A DNA stretch of 64,000 bases from Octopus vulgaris (GCA_951406725.2 OX597814.1:33418001-33482000), one strand, 5' to 3'. Numbered from the stretch's first letter, positions 27,604-43,253 are shown. Numbers and translations: made by a program. Notes: a model not told the origin generated them from the sequence alone.

Positions 27604-27643
<40 letters not shown>

Positions 27644-27689
27644 TGCGTGCATACGAATGTGTGTTATATACAACTCTTCTAGAAGGTCG

Positions 27690-27875
27690 CCTCGTTTAAG
27701 TTTTTTTGTTGGTCTCCCGCTCAAATGCGCTCCACATAGAATAATCAAGGGGGTTGCAGTCTGGGGATTTAGGTGGCCAGATGTTAGGCGTGATGTTGTT
27801 TCAGAAATTGTCTGACAGCCATGACTGGGTTTTTCTGCTTGTGTCTCATGGTATAGAGTCCTGTTGCCAGACATA
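27690..27875 (-). mobile_element. Tc1/mariner (maT/DD37D-like) transposase fragment, C-terminal catalytic part
   Basis: YVWQQDS..TSRKTQSWLSDNF..NIWPPKSPDCNPLDYSMWSAFERETNK. Confidence 0.85.
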
Positions 27876-27879
27876 AAAG

Positions 27880-27913
<34 letters not shown>

Positions 27914-28051
27914 TCAATAAATGGTGGGGTTGTGTTGACCGCACGTGGAGAAATGATAAGTAAGGAAAAATTTTTTTTAAAAATGCAGAATGCTCAAATG
28001 AAAGAAAATTTTAATAAAATGAGAAAATGATAAAATATATAAATATATATT

Positions 28052-28092
28052 TATTCAACCGGTTTTCGTCATTGTATGACTTGTCAAGAATA
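28052..28092 (-). ncRNA. Minimal hammerhead-like motif
   Basis: tattc-TTGACAA-gtcat aca atgac-GAAA-accggt-t-gaata. Stem II is perfect and stem III palindromic, but the core is mutated. Confidence 0.6.
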
Positions 28093-28844
28093 TTTATGTT
28101 TTAAGAAGTTTTTTTTTAAATTAGAAAGGGGAAAAAAAGAAAATTGCATTGTTTTTTGTAAAAGAATAATGATAAAAATGTACAAAAATTGAAAAATAAG
28201 TTCTCCGATACATTGTGAGTTCGTTGTGTATCTTGAGTTTTATGGTTGTTTACCAAAAAATTACCTTGAGGTGTTAAGATCCAAAGGGATTAAGAGCATG
28301 TGATGTGTTGTGTTGTTAAATTCAGCATGTTGCAGGACAGGAAGTAGTAGTAATTGTGGTCCTGGTTCTTCAGTTCCTGTGTTGTGAGTAAGGGGAGACA
28401 ACTCTTTTGAGTTCTTCAATAAAACCCAAATTATAAAACTATCATTTTAGCTTCATTTGCATTATCTTTTTTATATAATTGCTTGTTAACTTAACTTTCA
28501 GATTTTAACACTTTATTTATATTATTTTCTAATAATATAAATCTGCATAGACAATTGCATTTCAAATTGTCATATCATTTATAATAAAAATGATAGTAAT
28601 AACAACAATAGTAAAAATGATATTTAAAGAATATAAGTTTTAGCTTGAAGTGATGAATGCATGGTATCTTTATATATTTGTGTTAGTCCATCCATGAAGA
28701 GTGAGGTAGAGAAAGGAAGTTTGATCAACGAGGAGTTTGCATATTAAGTTGTGTTTGGAATTTTTCAATAAAGAGATTCTCCTTGTTAATTCTCTCCTGT
28801 GTGGTGATCCCGTCTTTACATTGGTAGAAGGGGATATATATCTT

Positions 28845-28990
28845 ACAACTAAATATGGTGGTGCCATTGAGAACGATGTTACTGTTACTTTTATTCCCTG
28901 GAAGACATCTCCAGCTGGCTAACGACACGCTGTCTGTGACCGAATAGTATTTGCGAGGGGAAGTCATCGCTCCCATCTCTAGCCTCATAG
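28845..28990. repeat. Near-identical local copy of 29975-30118 (HHR fold-back family)
   Basis: actaaatatggtggt.ccattgagaacgatgttactgttac...cccatctctagcctcata is present twice. Confidence 0.9.
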
Positions 28991-28996
28991 GGTCTT

Positions 28997-29420
28997 CCAG
29001 ACATAGGGTCTTCCCTCTCTTGCCCCAGAGCAGCACTGCCTCCTCCGGGCACTTGATGTAGGCCTCCATGTTCAGTCTGATGTTGTGTGGGAAGATGAAT
29101 GGAAGCATAACGTCGCCATTACTAGTAATCACTCTAAACACCATCATCTTGACTGGGTGTTTGATTTTTATCACTCTCGGTACATGTTCTCAGATTGACA
29201 CCCAAACACTCTGAAATGTTCGTATAGGAGCTTCCGGTGCGAATGCCAAGCAGTACAGCATATCATTTCCAAATAACTGGCAGAAACATCACCATGACGG
29301 TGCTGTTTTTCTCTCGGGCGGTGCCCACCTGACCTACTATACTGTGTAGTCCACCAAATCAAGAGCAAACAATGCTCATGCGCGAACTTAAAAATATTAA
29401 ATTTACCCATCGCACCCTAT
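28997..29420 (-). mobile_element. maT-like transposon 5' part (TIR-like end and transposase fragment)
   Basis: PVKMMVFRVITSNGDVMLPFIFP..LNMEAYI..YVW; terminus tatagggtgcgatggg next to (TA)n. Confidence 0.75.
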
Positions 29421-29429
29421 ATGTGTATG

Positions 29430-29945
<516 letters not shown>

Positions 29946-30124
29946 ATAATATATATATATATATATATATCTTTCCACTAAATATGGTGGTCCCATTGAG
30001 AACGATGTTACTGTTACTTTTATTCCCTGGAAGACATCTCCAGCTGGCTAACGACACGCTGTCTGTGACCGAATAGTATTTGTGAGGGGAAGTCATCGCT
30101 CCCATCTCTAGCCTCATATGATAT

Positions 30125-30166
30125 ACACAGACCCGGGTTTCTGAATAGTTACCCGTCTTCATTGGG
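30125..30166 (-). ncRNA. Degenerate hammerhead-like motif
   Basis: cca-ATGAAGA-cgggt aact attca-GAAA-cccggg-TC-tgtg; palindromic stem III. Confidence 0.55.
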
Positions 30167-30173
30167 GAGAGAA

Positions 30174-30687
30174 CGGCGGAGGCGCAAACAGAGGCGTAGA
30201 CGAAGGCGAAGGCGGCGGCGAAGGCGGCGGCGGAGGCGAAGGCGGACGCGCAGGCAGAGGCGCAGGCGGCGGAGGAGGAGGCGGCGGTAGAGGCGGCGGA
30301 GGCGGCGGTAGCGAAGGCGGCGGCAGTGGAGGCGGCGGCAGCGGAGGCGGCGGCAGCGGAGGCGGCGGCAGCGGAGGCGGCGGCAGCGGAGGCGGCGGCA
30401 GCGGAGGCGGCGACAGCGGAGGCGGCAGCAGCGGAGGCGGCGGCAGCGGAGGCGGCGGCAGCGGAGGCGGCAGCAGCGGAGGCGGAGGCAGCGGAGGCGG
30501 CGGCAGCGGAGGCGGCGGCAGCGGAGGCGGCGGCAGCGGAGACGGCGGCAGCGGAGGCGGCGGCAGCGGAGGCGGCGGCAGCGGAGGCGGCGGCAGCGGA
30601 CGCGCAGGCAGAGGTGGCGGAGGCGGCGGTAGAGGTGGTGGAGGCGGCGGCAGAGGTGGCGGAGTCATCGGCAGAGACGGCGGAGGC
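30174..30687. repeat. GC-rich 15-bp minisatellite (GCGGAGGCGGCGGCA)n with degenerate edges
   Basis: Seen directly. It translates as (EAAAA)n, poly-Pro or (SAAAA)n depending on frame. Confidence 0.95.
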
Positions 30688-31174
30688 ATACATACATACA
30701 TACATACATGATGATAATGATGATGTTTATGTTGATAGCTCAGAAATACAAGATGGCTGAAGAAACAGGTGAAAATTTCGAAAATGAGCGCTTTAATTTC
30801 GTCGTTCATAATTTACAACATCGCGTGATTTGTTATACAACATAGAAAAAAAACAGAACAGGCTGTATGGCACATGCTAATGTTAAAATGAACACTCGTT
30901 CGTATATGTTTGTTTTAATAAATCATTTTAGTTAAATCTGTGTGTGTGCGCGTCTGTGTACATCTTACGTTTACGAAACGTTAGAATTGCCATAATTATG
31001 GTCAACTCTGTATATTTTTAGTTAATTGCTAATTAAATCCCTTGTTGCATGATGTGTTGCGTAATTAATTATAGCTCTATAGCTGTCAGACTCACAACAA
31101 TAAGAGAACTTTATCGTTTGTTTATTAGTTGTAGTTCTCCACTACCTACAGCCAAGAAGGATTCCGGTGGCAAG

Positions 31175-31212
31175 AAGCCTGATGAGAAGAGCAGTTTGAA
31201 ACAGGTAGTTTA
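31175..31212 (+). ncRNA. Minimal hammerhead-like motif
   Basis: aagc-CTGATGA-gaa gagcag ttt-GAAA-cag-GTA-gttt. Core intact, stems weak. Confidence 0.5.
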
Positions 31213-31296
31213 TCATCTTTTAAGCATGAATAATATTTTTCCAGTTAGTGAATTAATTAGTTATCGTGCTGTATGGGGTCTTAGCATGCGTGTATA

Positions 31297-31368
<72 letters not shown>

Positions 31369-31478
31369 CATACATTCATACATACATACATACATACATA
31401 CATTCATACATACATACATACATACATACATACACACATATATACATACATACACACACACACACATACATACATACA

Positions 31479-31509
<31 letters not shown>

Positions 31510-31701
31510 GTGCGTCTGTGTCTGTGTTGTCTGTATGTGCGCGCGTGTTGTCTTGTCTTGTCTATGTTTGTAGGCACTTGTCTTAATGATTTGGGCTTTA
31601 GTATCAAGATCAAAATGTTATGGTTTCGATTCCGCGACGAGGCGGGGCGAGTAGTGTACTTAAACGAAGCAATCCAGTGCAAGTTTCTCCAACCTGTTAA
31701 G

Positions 31702-31704
<3 letters not shown>

Positions 31705-31778
<74 letters not shown>

Positions 31779-31927
31779 CTCTCTCTCTCTCCCCTCCCTC
31801 TCTCTCTCTCCGCTCTCTCTCTGCTCTCTCTCTCTGCTCTCTCTCTCTCTGCTCTCTCTCTCTCTGCTCTCTCTCCCCTCTCTCTCCCTCTCTCTCTCCC
31901 CTCTCTCTCTCCCCGGTCTCTCTCTCT

Positions 31928-31990
<63 letters not shown>
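31705..31990. repeat. Interrupted (CT)n polypyrimidine tract
   Basis: Seen directly. Confidence 0.95.
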
Positions 31991-31991
<1 letters not shown>

Positions 31992-32599
31992 GCTGTCAAA
32001 TTTTCGATACTCCGCACTTTGAAGAGAAAGCTGGCCGAGAGGGTTTCTATGTCTGTTTGTGACCACACAGGTACCTAAAATAATTAGCGAAATCATTGTA
32101 TATGTTACTCGCAGAGGGCAAACAGACAGATAGATAAACAGACAGACAAACAGTAGCATGTTTTCCGATAACCGTCTCATTTTTTACTTTCTCTGATTAT
32201 TTTACATTTCGCATAATTTTGTACTATCGCTGGCCAGAGAAGGAAAGATTTGAACCCTGTTAGAACAATCATTCATCTAAATAACTTGATCCGCTTCTTC
32301 TGTATTACTTGATCACAGTCGTCCACATACATAAATAATAATACTTGTAGAGGAATGGTGGACAAGAGCTGGTTGTAATCTATATATACAAGCTTCTATG
32401 TTTGCCTTTAAACAACGCCATCATTTCTCAGCAAGACTTTAACGAATTTTGCAGGGTACCCCACATGCAACATAAAATCATACGTACACAAAGTTCCAGT
32501 TCCGAGGTTCTTTCGGAGCATGAAGTTGGATGAGTCGAGAAATGGATATCGAGAGCATGAAATGAGTAATAGGGTACTAGTTACATAGTTGTGTTAATG

Positions 32600-32927
32600 C
32601 GAAGCAGAAATATTGTTAGCTTGTCACACTGTTTTTCGTTCTCAGTCAGTCTTCCATTATTTTCTTATTCATATTCTCACACACCTTGTTGCTCATCTCT
32701 CTCTTTCTTTCTATCTATCTATATATTGTGACCTCGTGTGTACCGTTGGCGATTTTTTTTCCTCTGTCTTCCCTTCTCTAGATCTTTCTTTCTCCTATGT
32801 TTCCGACGAAGAGCTCCGCTCGAAACGTTAAACCCTCCTTCTTTCCTTCTTTCCTGAGCGTCCAATAATACTATATTTGTTCCACGTCCTCGCGTTGTTG
32901 TGTTTTTTTGTGCTTTCTTGTTTGGAT

Positions 32928-32932
<5 letters not shown>
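32600..32932 (+). mobile_element. pLTR-like repeat with a hammerhead-like motif (32798-32834)
   Basis: gttt-CCGACGA-a gagc tcc gctc-GAAA-cg-TTA-aac. A related diverged copy lies at 36121-36157. Confidence 0.6.
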
Positions 32933-32988
<56 letters not shown>

Positions 32989-33059
32989 GTAAAAGGTTGA
33001 AAGATGAAAATGAGTGCTCGATACCGCATTGGTGGATGTAATTTCTTTATTTATGAACT

Positions 33060-34535
33060 ATGGCTAACATTGGTTTCATGTTTAGAAACGTTGATAAACA
33101 TCCTAGTGTCTTAACAAAAGTCAGTCATAAGGAGAAAGGTGTCTGCCTCCATTTTGGAAAACAGCCTCGTTTAGTTCGCGGACGTTCTCGAGAATTCTCG
33201 TGGATAAAACAATGAATCAAGGGACGTAACTCTTGACTGGCATTCTTTTAATATTTCTCTCCTTGGGATTTCTCTTTTGGGCAAACAGTTGTGTGGTCAA
33301 AATATTTGCACTACTTTGTTTTTGTTCTAGGTGTGGTGTTCTTATACTTGTGTGCTGAGGTAGTTCATCACGGAGGAATATGTCTTCTGTAAGTGGATTT
33401 TGTGTGCTATGTGTGTCCAGATTTCACGTCCAGGCTAGGAGATATCCTGGTGGGATTATTTTGGCAGATGATGGCTCTTCTTAGAAGTATTTCAGCGTAA
33501 AATATTGCTTGTGTATGCAAGGGGAGAAGTTTTCATCTGTAGTGTTTAGGATGTTATTTGTTGATTGTATAATGCTTAGTTTTTTAGTAATACTAAGTTC
33601 ACATTTGGTGCCCCGTTCTCTCTGTTTTTTGGGGGGTTTTTTGGCTTTAGCAGTTATTTTCCATTCTATCCAGTGGTTGCTTATTCTACCTTCTTTCAAT
33701 ACCCATATCATATTTGACAGGGATGCTGCTTTTTTTTTTTTTTTTTGTCTCTTATGTATATATTCATTGTAATTGAGTATCATTCACCCTATATTGTGTA
33801 TTGTGAATGTGCATAATGGCTAACTTTAACAGTATTTCTGTTGAAGATATGGTATTTGTGCGTATGCAGAAACTGGTTGTCTATAAATTTTCAGAATTTC
33901 CTAGCTATGTTAGTAGCTACATTCATGCTATAAGGTGGGTTAAACCGTAAGGTTTTCTTCTGTCTGCATATTCTCGATCAATATATTTGGTTCGATGAAC
34001 TTTATACTATTCTTAAATCTTGATCTTTCTAAAGCACCAATATAGTATTGGGTTGTTTTTTCAACAATATCTTTATCGGCGGATAAATTGGAGATGCGTC
34101 AGCTAATCTTGTTAACCATTCATTTAATTACTGCTTGTGGGTGGTTGGAGCCTATGTCCATGTACGAGGCTTCCTCTTTTGGTTTGTGGTAGGGTTTAAA
34201 TTTTGCTGTGTTAAGTTTCACACATGGCGCACAAACTCAACATATGCTCCAATGACGAACTACCTCAGCACACACGTATCAGAAAACGACACCCACAGCA
34301 AAAACAAAATAGTGCAAACAAATTGACCATACAACAGTTTTCCAAAAACACAAATCCAAGGAAGACAAACATTCAGAAGATGCCATCCAAGAGTAGCGTC
34401 CCTTGATTCATTGTTTTATTCACGAGAATTCACGCGAATCTCCGCCACCTAAACGAGGCTGTGTTTTCCAAAATAGAAGAAATTTGAAGACACTAGGATA
34501 TTTTCCTACTTTTCTTAACATGAAACCAATGGTAG
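33060..34535 (-). mobile_element. 5'-truncated Penelope-like element with inverted pLTR
   Basis: FKPYHKP..GSNHPQAVIK..RISNLS, FNPPYSMNVATNIARKF, IFNRNTVKVS, LSNMIWVLKE..WKI..CELSITKK..SPCIHK. 33060-33245 recurs inverted at ~34395-34535. Confidence 0.85.
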
Positions 34536-34559
34536 ACTTAACTCACAAATAAAAATATA

Positions 34560-34696
<137 letters not shown>

Positions 34697-34849
34697 CAGA
34701 AGCAAGTTAGAAATAATGGTCATTACACCTATTATTCCTTTATTGGAGCAAATTGGGCTTACAGCTGTCTTCAGTTGTCATTATAGACATATTACTGATA
34801 AGTTTACTCAACTGGTCTATTCATCAATTGAGGCAAATAAAATGACCTA

Positions 34850-34901
<52 letters not shown>

Positions 34902-35589
34902 CGCTTATCTTTTATCTCTTATTTCAGTGATTATAATGTGTCCATGCAGGAGTGCTGCCTTGAAGAATTAAAGTCGAACGAATCGACCCCAGTACATTTT
35001 TAAAGCCCGGTACTTGCTCTATCGGTTGTCAAGGAATGGTGGGGACAAATACAGGCACAAAGACACACACACACGTTGCTATTTATACGATGAGCTTTCA
35101 GTTTCCGTCCACCAAATTCATTCGCACGCAAGACTTTGAATATAGTACAAGACATTCGGTCAAGGTGCCACACAGTAGGACTGGACCCACAACCATGTGG
35201 TTGAGAATCAATCTTCTCATCACACAGTCATGTCTCTGTCAGGCTTGTTTAGCTGGCATCTTGGGGTTCTGTTGGGTTTCGTTGGGTATTGTTGGTGGGG
35301 GTGATTGATGCTAGAGCTTTCTTTCTCTCCTCCCTTTTCTTCCCCTCCTCTTTATTGTATATGTTGAGAATAGATGTAGGTGTGTTCGAGCGGGAATGTG
35401 TAACTGTAAAAGCAGTTCTGGCCTACGCACGCTATGCTCTATGTTCCCACTGATGTCGTTGATAATTTCCACTGATGTTGTTGATAATTTGCATACTGCG
35501 GATATATATTAAGCACTTAGCACCATTCTTTGTATTTTAGCTAAACACTAACAAGTTATTTTAGCTAAACGCTAAGTTATTTTAATCTT

Positions 35590-35782
35590 TTACTCTTTTA
35601 CTTTTTTCAGTCATTTGACTGCGGCCATGCTGGAGCACCGCCTTTAGTCGAGCAAGTCAACCCCAGGACTTATTCCTTGGAAGCCTAGTACTTATTCTAT
35701 CGATCTCTTTTGCCGAACCGCTAAGTTACGAGGACGGTTGTCAAGCGATGTTGGGGGACAAACACATATACACAAACATATA

Positions 35783-35859
<77 letters not shown>

Positions 35860-36005
35860 GGCTTCTTTCAGTTTCTGTATACCAAATCCACTCACAAGGC
35901 TTTGGTGGGCCCAAGGCTATAGCAGAAGACACTTCTCCAAGATGTCACGCAGTGGGACTGAACCCGGAAGCATGTGATAGGTAAGCAAGCTACTTACCAC
36001 AGCCA
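35590..36005 (-). mobile_element. SINE family A (a diverged copy also at ~34930-35232)
   Basis: Reverse complement of the family A sequence. Confidence 0.88.
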
Positions 36006-36289
36006 CTTTTCAGCAAGCAGTTATGTAATCTCTGCAATTAATCTACCGAAACGTGTATGGCTTTAAAGAAAAAAATCCATTCAGCCATGTAACAACACAT
36101 GTACTCTTTGTGAAATTTTTCCTTCTGAAGAAAAGCTATGATCGAAACGTTAAAAACCCACTCTTCTTTCCACCTTTACCTAGCGCCAAACTAATACATC
36201 TATTTGTCCGTCCACTTGCTGTTTTGTTATTGTTATTTTAATATTCGATTGTTCTGGTGCCCCAGCATGACCGCAGCTTTAAAGTTGAA

Positions 36290-36986
<697 letters not shown>

Positions 36987-37024
36987 TATATATATATATA
37001 TATATATACCTACACACTCATACA

Positions 37025-37061
<37 letters not shown>

Positions 37062-37191
37062 CAAACTATTTTAGTGGGTAAACACACGTTGTGTATATAT
37101 ATATATATATATATATACCTACACACTCATACATTCATGTATATATATATATATAAGGTACAAAATATTTTAGTGGGTAAACATATGTTGT

Positions 37192-37248
<57 letters not shown>

Positions 37249-37275
37249 TTGATATAGATAGATAGATATATATAT

Positions 37276-37316
<41 letters not shown>

Positions 37317-37437
37317 AAGAGAAAAGATGAAAGAACACAGATTTTTTTTACAGGACTTAAGAGTATATTAGCGCCATGAGAAAGGTATTATACAATTTTG
37401 TACAAAATAAGGTTTTGTTCTTTCAACATAATTGAAG

Positions 37438-38300
37438 TAAGTACTGGTTTCGCATTGCTCATCAAGCTGAGAGTTGCAAAGGATATATTGCTAGGGAGGA
37501 AAACAGTTATATCTACGGGGAGATAATTGTTCACTCATTTATTTTGCACTAAAGGGGAGCTGAATATTTTTTTGTTTTTTGTGTTCTGTATTTTATTCTG
37601 GCTTATATCTTACATTAGATGGGTGGGGGTAAGTCCTTTATTTTTAATATGGGTTCATACTTAATTCTGGTTTATATTTTTGGATAAATGATACTTCTTT
37701 ATTCAGTCTTGTGTCCAGAAGGCAAGTTGATTAAATGGGAAATACGAATCGTGGTTGTAAGCCTTCTGCACATTCGTCAATGGGTTGACCGAGGTATATT
37801 TGGCGAAATTGTGGGGAGGAAATTTGTTTCTATGGACCATGCATGTCTTTCGGATCGAATTTCCAATCGAGCCAATATAGTTTCGATGGCAGCCCGAGCA
37901 TCTGATTACGTAAATGGGGTTTAGGGAGACACAACTGAAGTTAGATTTGTTTTTGAATATTTGTCCCCTTGTCTGAAATGGAATACCGAGCTTTCCATCA
38001 GATTGGAACGTGTTCTGCAATTAGGGCGATCACACTTTACGATTCTTGCGTCCGTTGTTCTAGAAAATAGTTTGCTATTGGTGAGAATCCTCTTCAATGT
38101 CTTAGGCTGTTTGCTGTTCTTAATGATTTTATGGTTACGTAGAATTTCATTAAGCTTGTGGGCCCTTTGGCGTATTGGAAGATTTTGGACGATGATACTG
38201 AATTCTCCTTTGTTTCTGGGGTTGTGTGTGGAGATATAAGTTAATGCTTTGTGGGTAGACATGTTACTGAAATGTAAAGAATTTTCCCACCTACGCTTTG
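37438..38300 (-). mobile_element. Penelope-like linker and GIY-YIG endonuclease with a 3' HHR-like motif
   Basis: YISTHNP, KQPKTLKRILT, KCDRPNCRT, FSCVSLNPIYVIRCSGCHRNYIGSIG. HHR-like TTGATGA gc aat gc GAAA cca GTA at 37438-37468. Confidence 0.88.
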
Positions 38301-38324
38301 AAGGTTGTTGCATGTTCCTACACA

Positions 38325-38383
<59 letters not shown>

Positions 38384-38401
38384 ATCATGTTTTAAATCTC
38401 T

Positions 38402-38640
38402 CGACACATCGTCTGTTTCCGTATATAGCATTTGCAAGGGAGGTCATTGCTCCCATCTCTAGATTTACGTGATAATCACACTAACCTAGGATTTTGGATG
38501 TTATCCGTCCTCAGTGTGAGATCTCCTTTGCAAATTCTATATACGGACACAGACTAGATGTCGCTAGCCAGCTGGAAGAGATGTTTTCCCGAGGCTAAAA
38601 CAACAGTAACATCGTTCTTTGTAGGACTGTCTCGTTTTGT
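38402..38640 (-). mobile_element. Fold-back element with a hammerhead-like core (38476-38519)
   Basis: Inverted arms 38402-38445 / 38520-38563 (about 80% identical by eye) enclose tcaca-CTGAGGA-cggat aac atcca-AAA-t cctagg t-TA-gtgtga. Same family as 29975-30166. Confidence 0.7.
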
Positions 38641-38727
38641 TGGCATATAAACATTACGATATATATATTTATATATATATGTAGATATGTATATATATAT
38701 ATATGTATATATATGTGTGTGTGTGTG

Positions 38728-38768
<41 letters not shown>

Positions 38769-38984
38769 TTTTATTTTGTTTTGTTATATTCTACCATATT
38801 AGTTATTGGTTTCAATCACTGAATTAAGATTTGAGTTATGTCGGCTTTTGGTCATTTACATCGACAGCTACTATGTGCACATTCTGATAATTGATTGTTC
38901 TCTATTTATTGAACTACTTATTGTTTTAACAAGAGGAAATGCGTGTGTGTGTGTGTGTGTGTGTAATAACAGTTTGATTCGTTC

Positions 38985-40340
38985 CACATGACTTAAAGTT
39001 TCGTGGGCACGTAGGACCCGTCAATTTCATGAGATGCTGATAGCTGAGTGTAGTTTGCGTAGAAAATCGAGATGGTCTAGTTATTAGGCGTCTATTGGTC
39101 AGCTCATGTCACGTAGTATAAATGATATGAAAGTAACACCAACTATTTTCCGTACTTTTAAGCCCACATTCTTGGACAGGATGTTTGTAGGGTGCTGGTT
39201 CCACTTTGACGGCAGGCTGCGGCAAATTATGTTCAGCGACACCATTTCTTTGTATGGAATTCTACACATATTAAGGTGAGATGCTGACATGTCTCAGTAG
39301 CTCCGTTACCGATCGGTAGAGTATGAACACATTAGCGGAAACTGCCTTTACATGGGAGTTACCAAGGTTGATTGTGTTGAATTATAATTGAGGCTGCATG
39401 ACCAACATAGGTGGGCTATAGTTTATACGAGCGGTAGGGATTAACTACGCTGTCCTTGGGACAGCTTGGTCGAGGAACGCATATCTCGGTTGTCTGCTGC
39501 CACTGGCTGGAAGTCATTGACAGGGTGCACCCCTGGTGGCAACAATAAAATAGTTCATTCTTCCTGTTGATGGATACTGCGTGGTCTCTCACGGAGACAG
39601 ATGAGGCAATTGCGAGCTCCAGGCGGATAAGGAAGCGCCCTACCAGTGATAGTCTGTTTGATGTAAAAGAAGTCATACTGACGGTCACAGAGGTTTAAAA
39701 TGAAGCAGGACGAGGTGATAGAGTTTTCCTATCCTTACATTCTAAAAGTATTGACTGTCATACCTGTATAGTTGCTTGTAATACCACACTGTAGTGTGAA
39801 AATTGCTCTATAGACTGCAGGCTTTGAGAGACAGGATCCTCTCAGGGAGCAATTGGTAGGGTTTTGGAAGTTACATGTCGGAGTAGAAGTTTAATGCTGT
39901 GTAGGTGAGTGTTTGCGTCTATCGTACCGAGTGATGTTTGAAGCGATGTTGTCAAAGCAGGAGTAACTGACCTTGTCATTGTGGAGATTGAAAAATTTAT
40001 AATACAGAAGGAAGTTTTTTATTAGTGCCAGTAAGCTCCTTGGCTATATTAGTTGAAACTTCTAGGTTGCATGAAGGATTGAATCATTATTTTCCTTTTA
40101 CTGATTCTCTTCTGGTTTGTGGAGTGGGGCGTCGTCCTTATATCAGTGAATCCACTCCCAGCTATTGCCTCGTTATTGTGGTGCAAACCTCTACTGAAAA
40201 TATCTCCTTCAACTTATGCTCATGACCACGTTTCTAATTCTGAGAATGGTGGGGTTTCTATGAATATAAAGTTTCCTCAAATAGGTGGCAAGTGTTATAG
40301 TTAGGCCGAATTCTTTGAAGATATTTATCAGATCCTTCCT
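38985..40340 (-). mobile_element. Decayed Penelope-like element (thumb to GIY-YIG) with a 3' HHR-like motif
   Basis: NLHNDKVSYSCFDNIAS, TCNFQNPTNCSLRGSCLSKPAVYRA, PYPPGARNCLICLRE, INRKNELFYCCH. HHR-like TTGACGG..GAAA ctt t aag TC at 38985-39031. Confidence 0.8.
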
Positions 40341-41279
40341 GAACATTTCTATAGTATGGCAATTATAAGGTTTAAGAATGCTAGAACATCATTCATATAC
40401 AGGGCCGAAATATGTGTGCTCGTGTGGTGGTGGTGGTGTGTGTATGTACCTGCGCGCGAACTTCTTGATAGTCTCCAGGACAAACATGTGTGCCAATCCA
40501 TAATTTTATGACGACATCTGACTGACTTCCTCGCAGTTCTCGTTCGCCAAAGTTTCATTAATGCACAAGCCTATTGTAAAAGGAAATTTTCCATAGTCTC
40601 CACAGTGAAATCGAGCTCGGAATTACATGAATGCTCAGCAAGGTGCTTAACCACACGCATATGTGTGTCCGCAATGAAATTACTAAACCAGCGAATATCC
40701 ACAACCTCTTTTAAGAGTTTCCCGCTGTACAGTCACCGTACTCGTAAATACAAAAAAACTTCTATCATGAACGCTGTTTTAAGTATTTTTCTTTTCGTTT
40801 TTCCTCTCGTCCGTTAAATGTACGAATATAATATAGAACGCCTCACCTTCCTGAAAATCCCCCTCCCTTAGCGCTATTACACTCCTCTCTTTCACTCTCT
40901 ACTTCTCTCTCTCTCTCTCTCTCTCTCTCGCTCGCTCGCTCTCTCTGTTTTAATCTCCCACTACTCTGTGATGTAATTAATGTTGACGTTTTTATTGCCA
41001 TCATTTAATATTTTATACATTTTTGGAAATCTGTCTTGTTGTTTTCGCAATATGTGTGTATGTGTTTGTGTGTCTGAGTGTGCGTATGTGTACGTGTGAG
41101 ATTCAGTGCGCGCGCGCGTATGTGTGTGTGTGTGTAGGTGGATATTTTACTTTTTTCTGTTTCTATTAAATTTTAGTTGTTTGTTTGTTACTTGTTTAAA
41201 TCTTTGTGTTGTTTGTTTCTCTTCTTTTCCTGGAACCATCTTTGTCTTTTTAATCTTATTTCATTTCAAAAAATAACTG

Positions 41280-42460
<1,181 letters not shown>

Positions 42461-43043
42461 TGTGCTTTCTCAAAAACATTTTAGTGAGCATCCTTTTGTT
42501 TGCTTCTATTTTTTTTTTTATTATTGTTTTACGTTTTGTTTAATTTTACTATGTGAGACAATATTTAATTTTTTTTAATATTTTTTGCTTATATCTTTGC
42601 TTCCGTCGCATTTTATATTTTCTTTTATTGATTATTGTTTACTTTTATTCTTCTTCCCCCCTTTTTTATTATATCTTCCCTTTTTGCTTTTCTCCGTCTT
42701 TTCTTTGAAAATGTGTGCTTGTGTGTATATGTAAGTACCTTCGTGTGTGTATGTATATGTGTGTGTGTGTATGTATATGCGTGTTTATATGTATGTGTTT
42801 TGGCTGTAAGCAGGGGATGTTTACGTTTCCTTTAACAGTTAACATCAACTTCAGCAACTCCATGATATAATCACAAGCACAAGCACACGCGCATGCGCGT
42901 GATACGATATCAATTTACATACGCTACATAGATACACATATTCATAAATACATACATACTTACATACATATATAATACATACATACATGCGTACATGCGT
43001 ACATACATACATACATACATACATACATACATACATACATACA

Positions 43044-43075
<32 letters not shown>

Positions 43076-43253
43076 CGTACGTACGTACGTACGTCTGAAT
43101 ATACGTGCTTACATACACAAGGAAATATTCGCATAAACACACTCGAACACATAAATACGCACGAACAATACACCTACTCATTAACAGGGGTATATTTGCG
43201 AAGAATGACAGATTCATAGGCATACATAGGTATGCAAAAACATGCTCCGGAAA

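Noticed and set aside
31404-32180. RE/SL-repeat ORFs
   Set aside because: Translation of the (CT)n tract.
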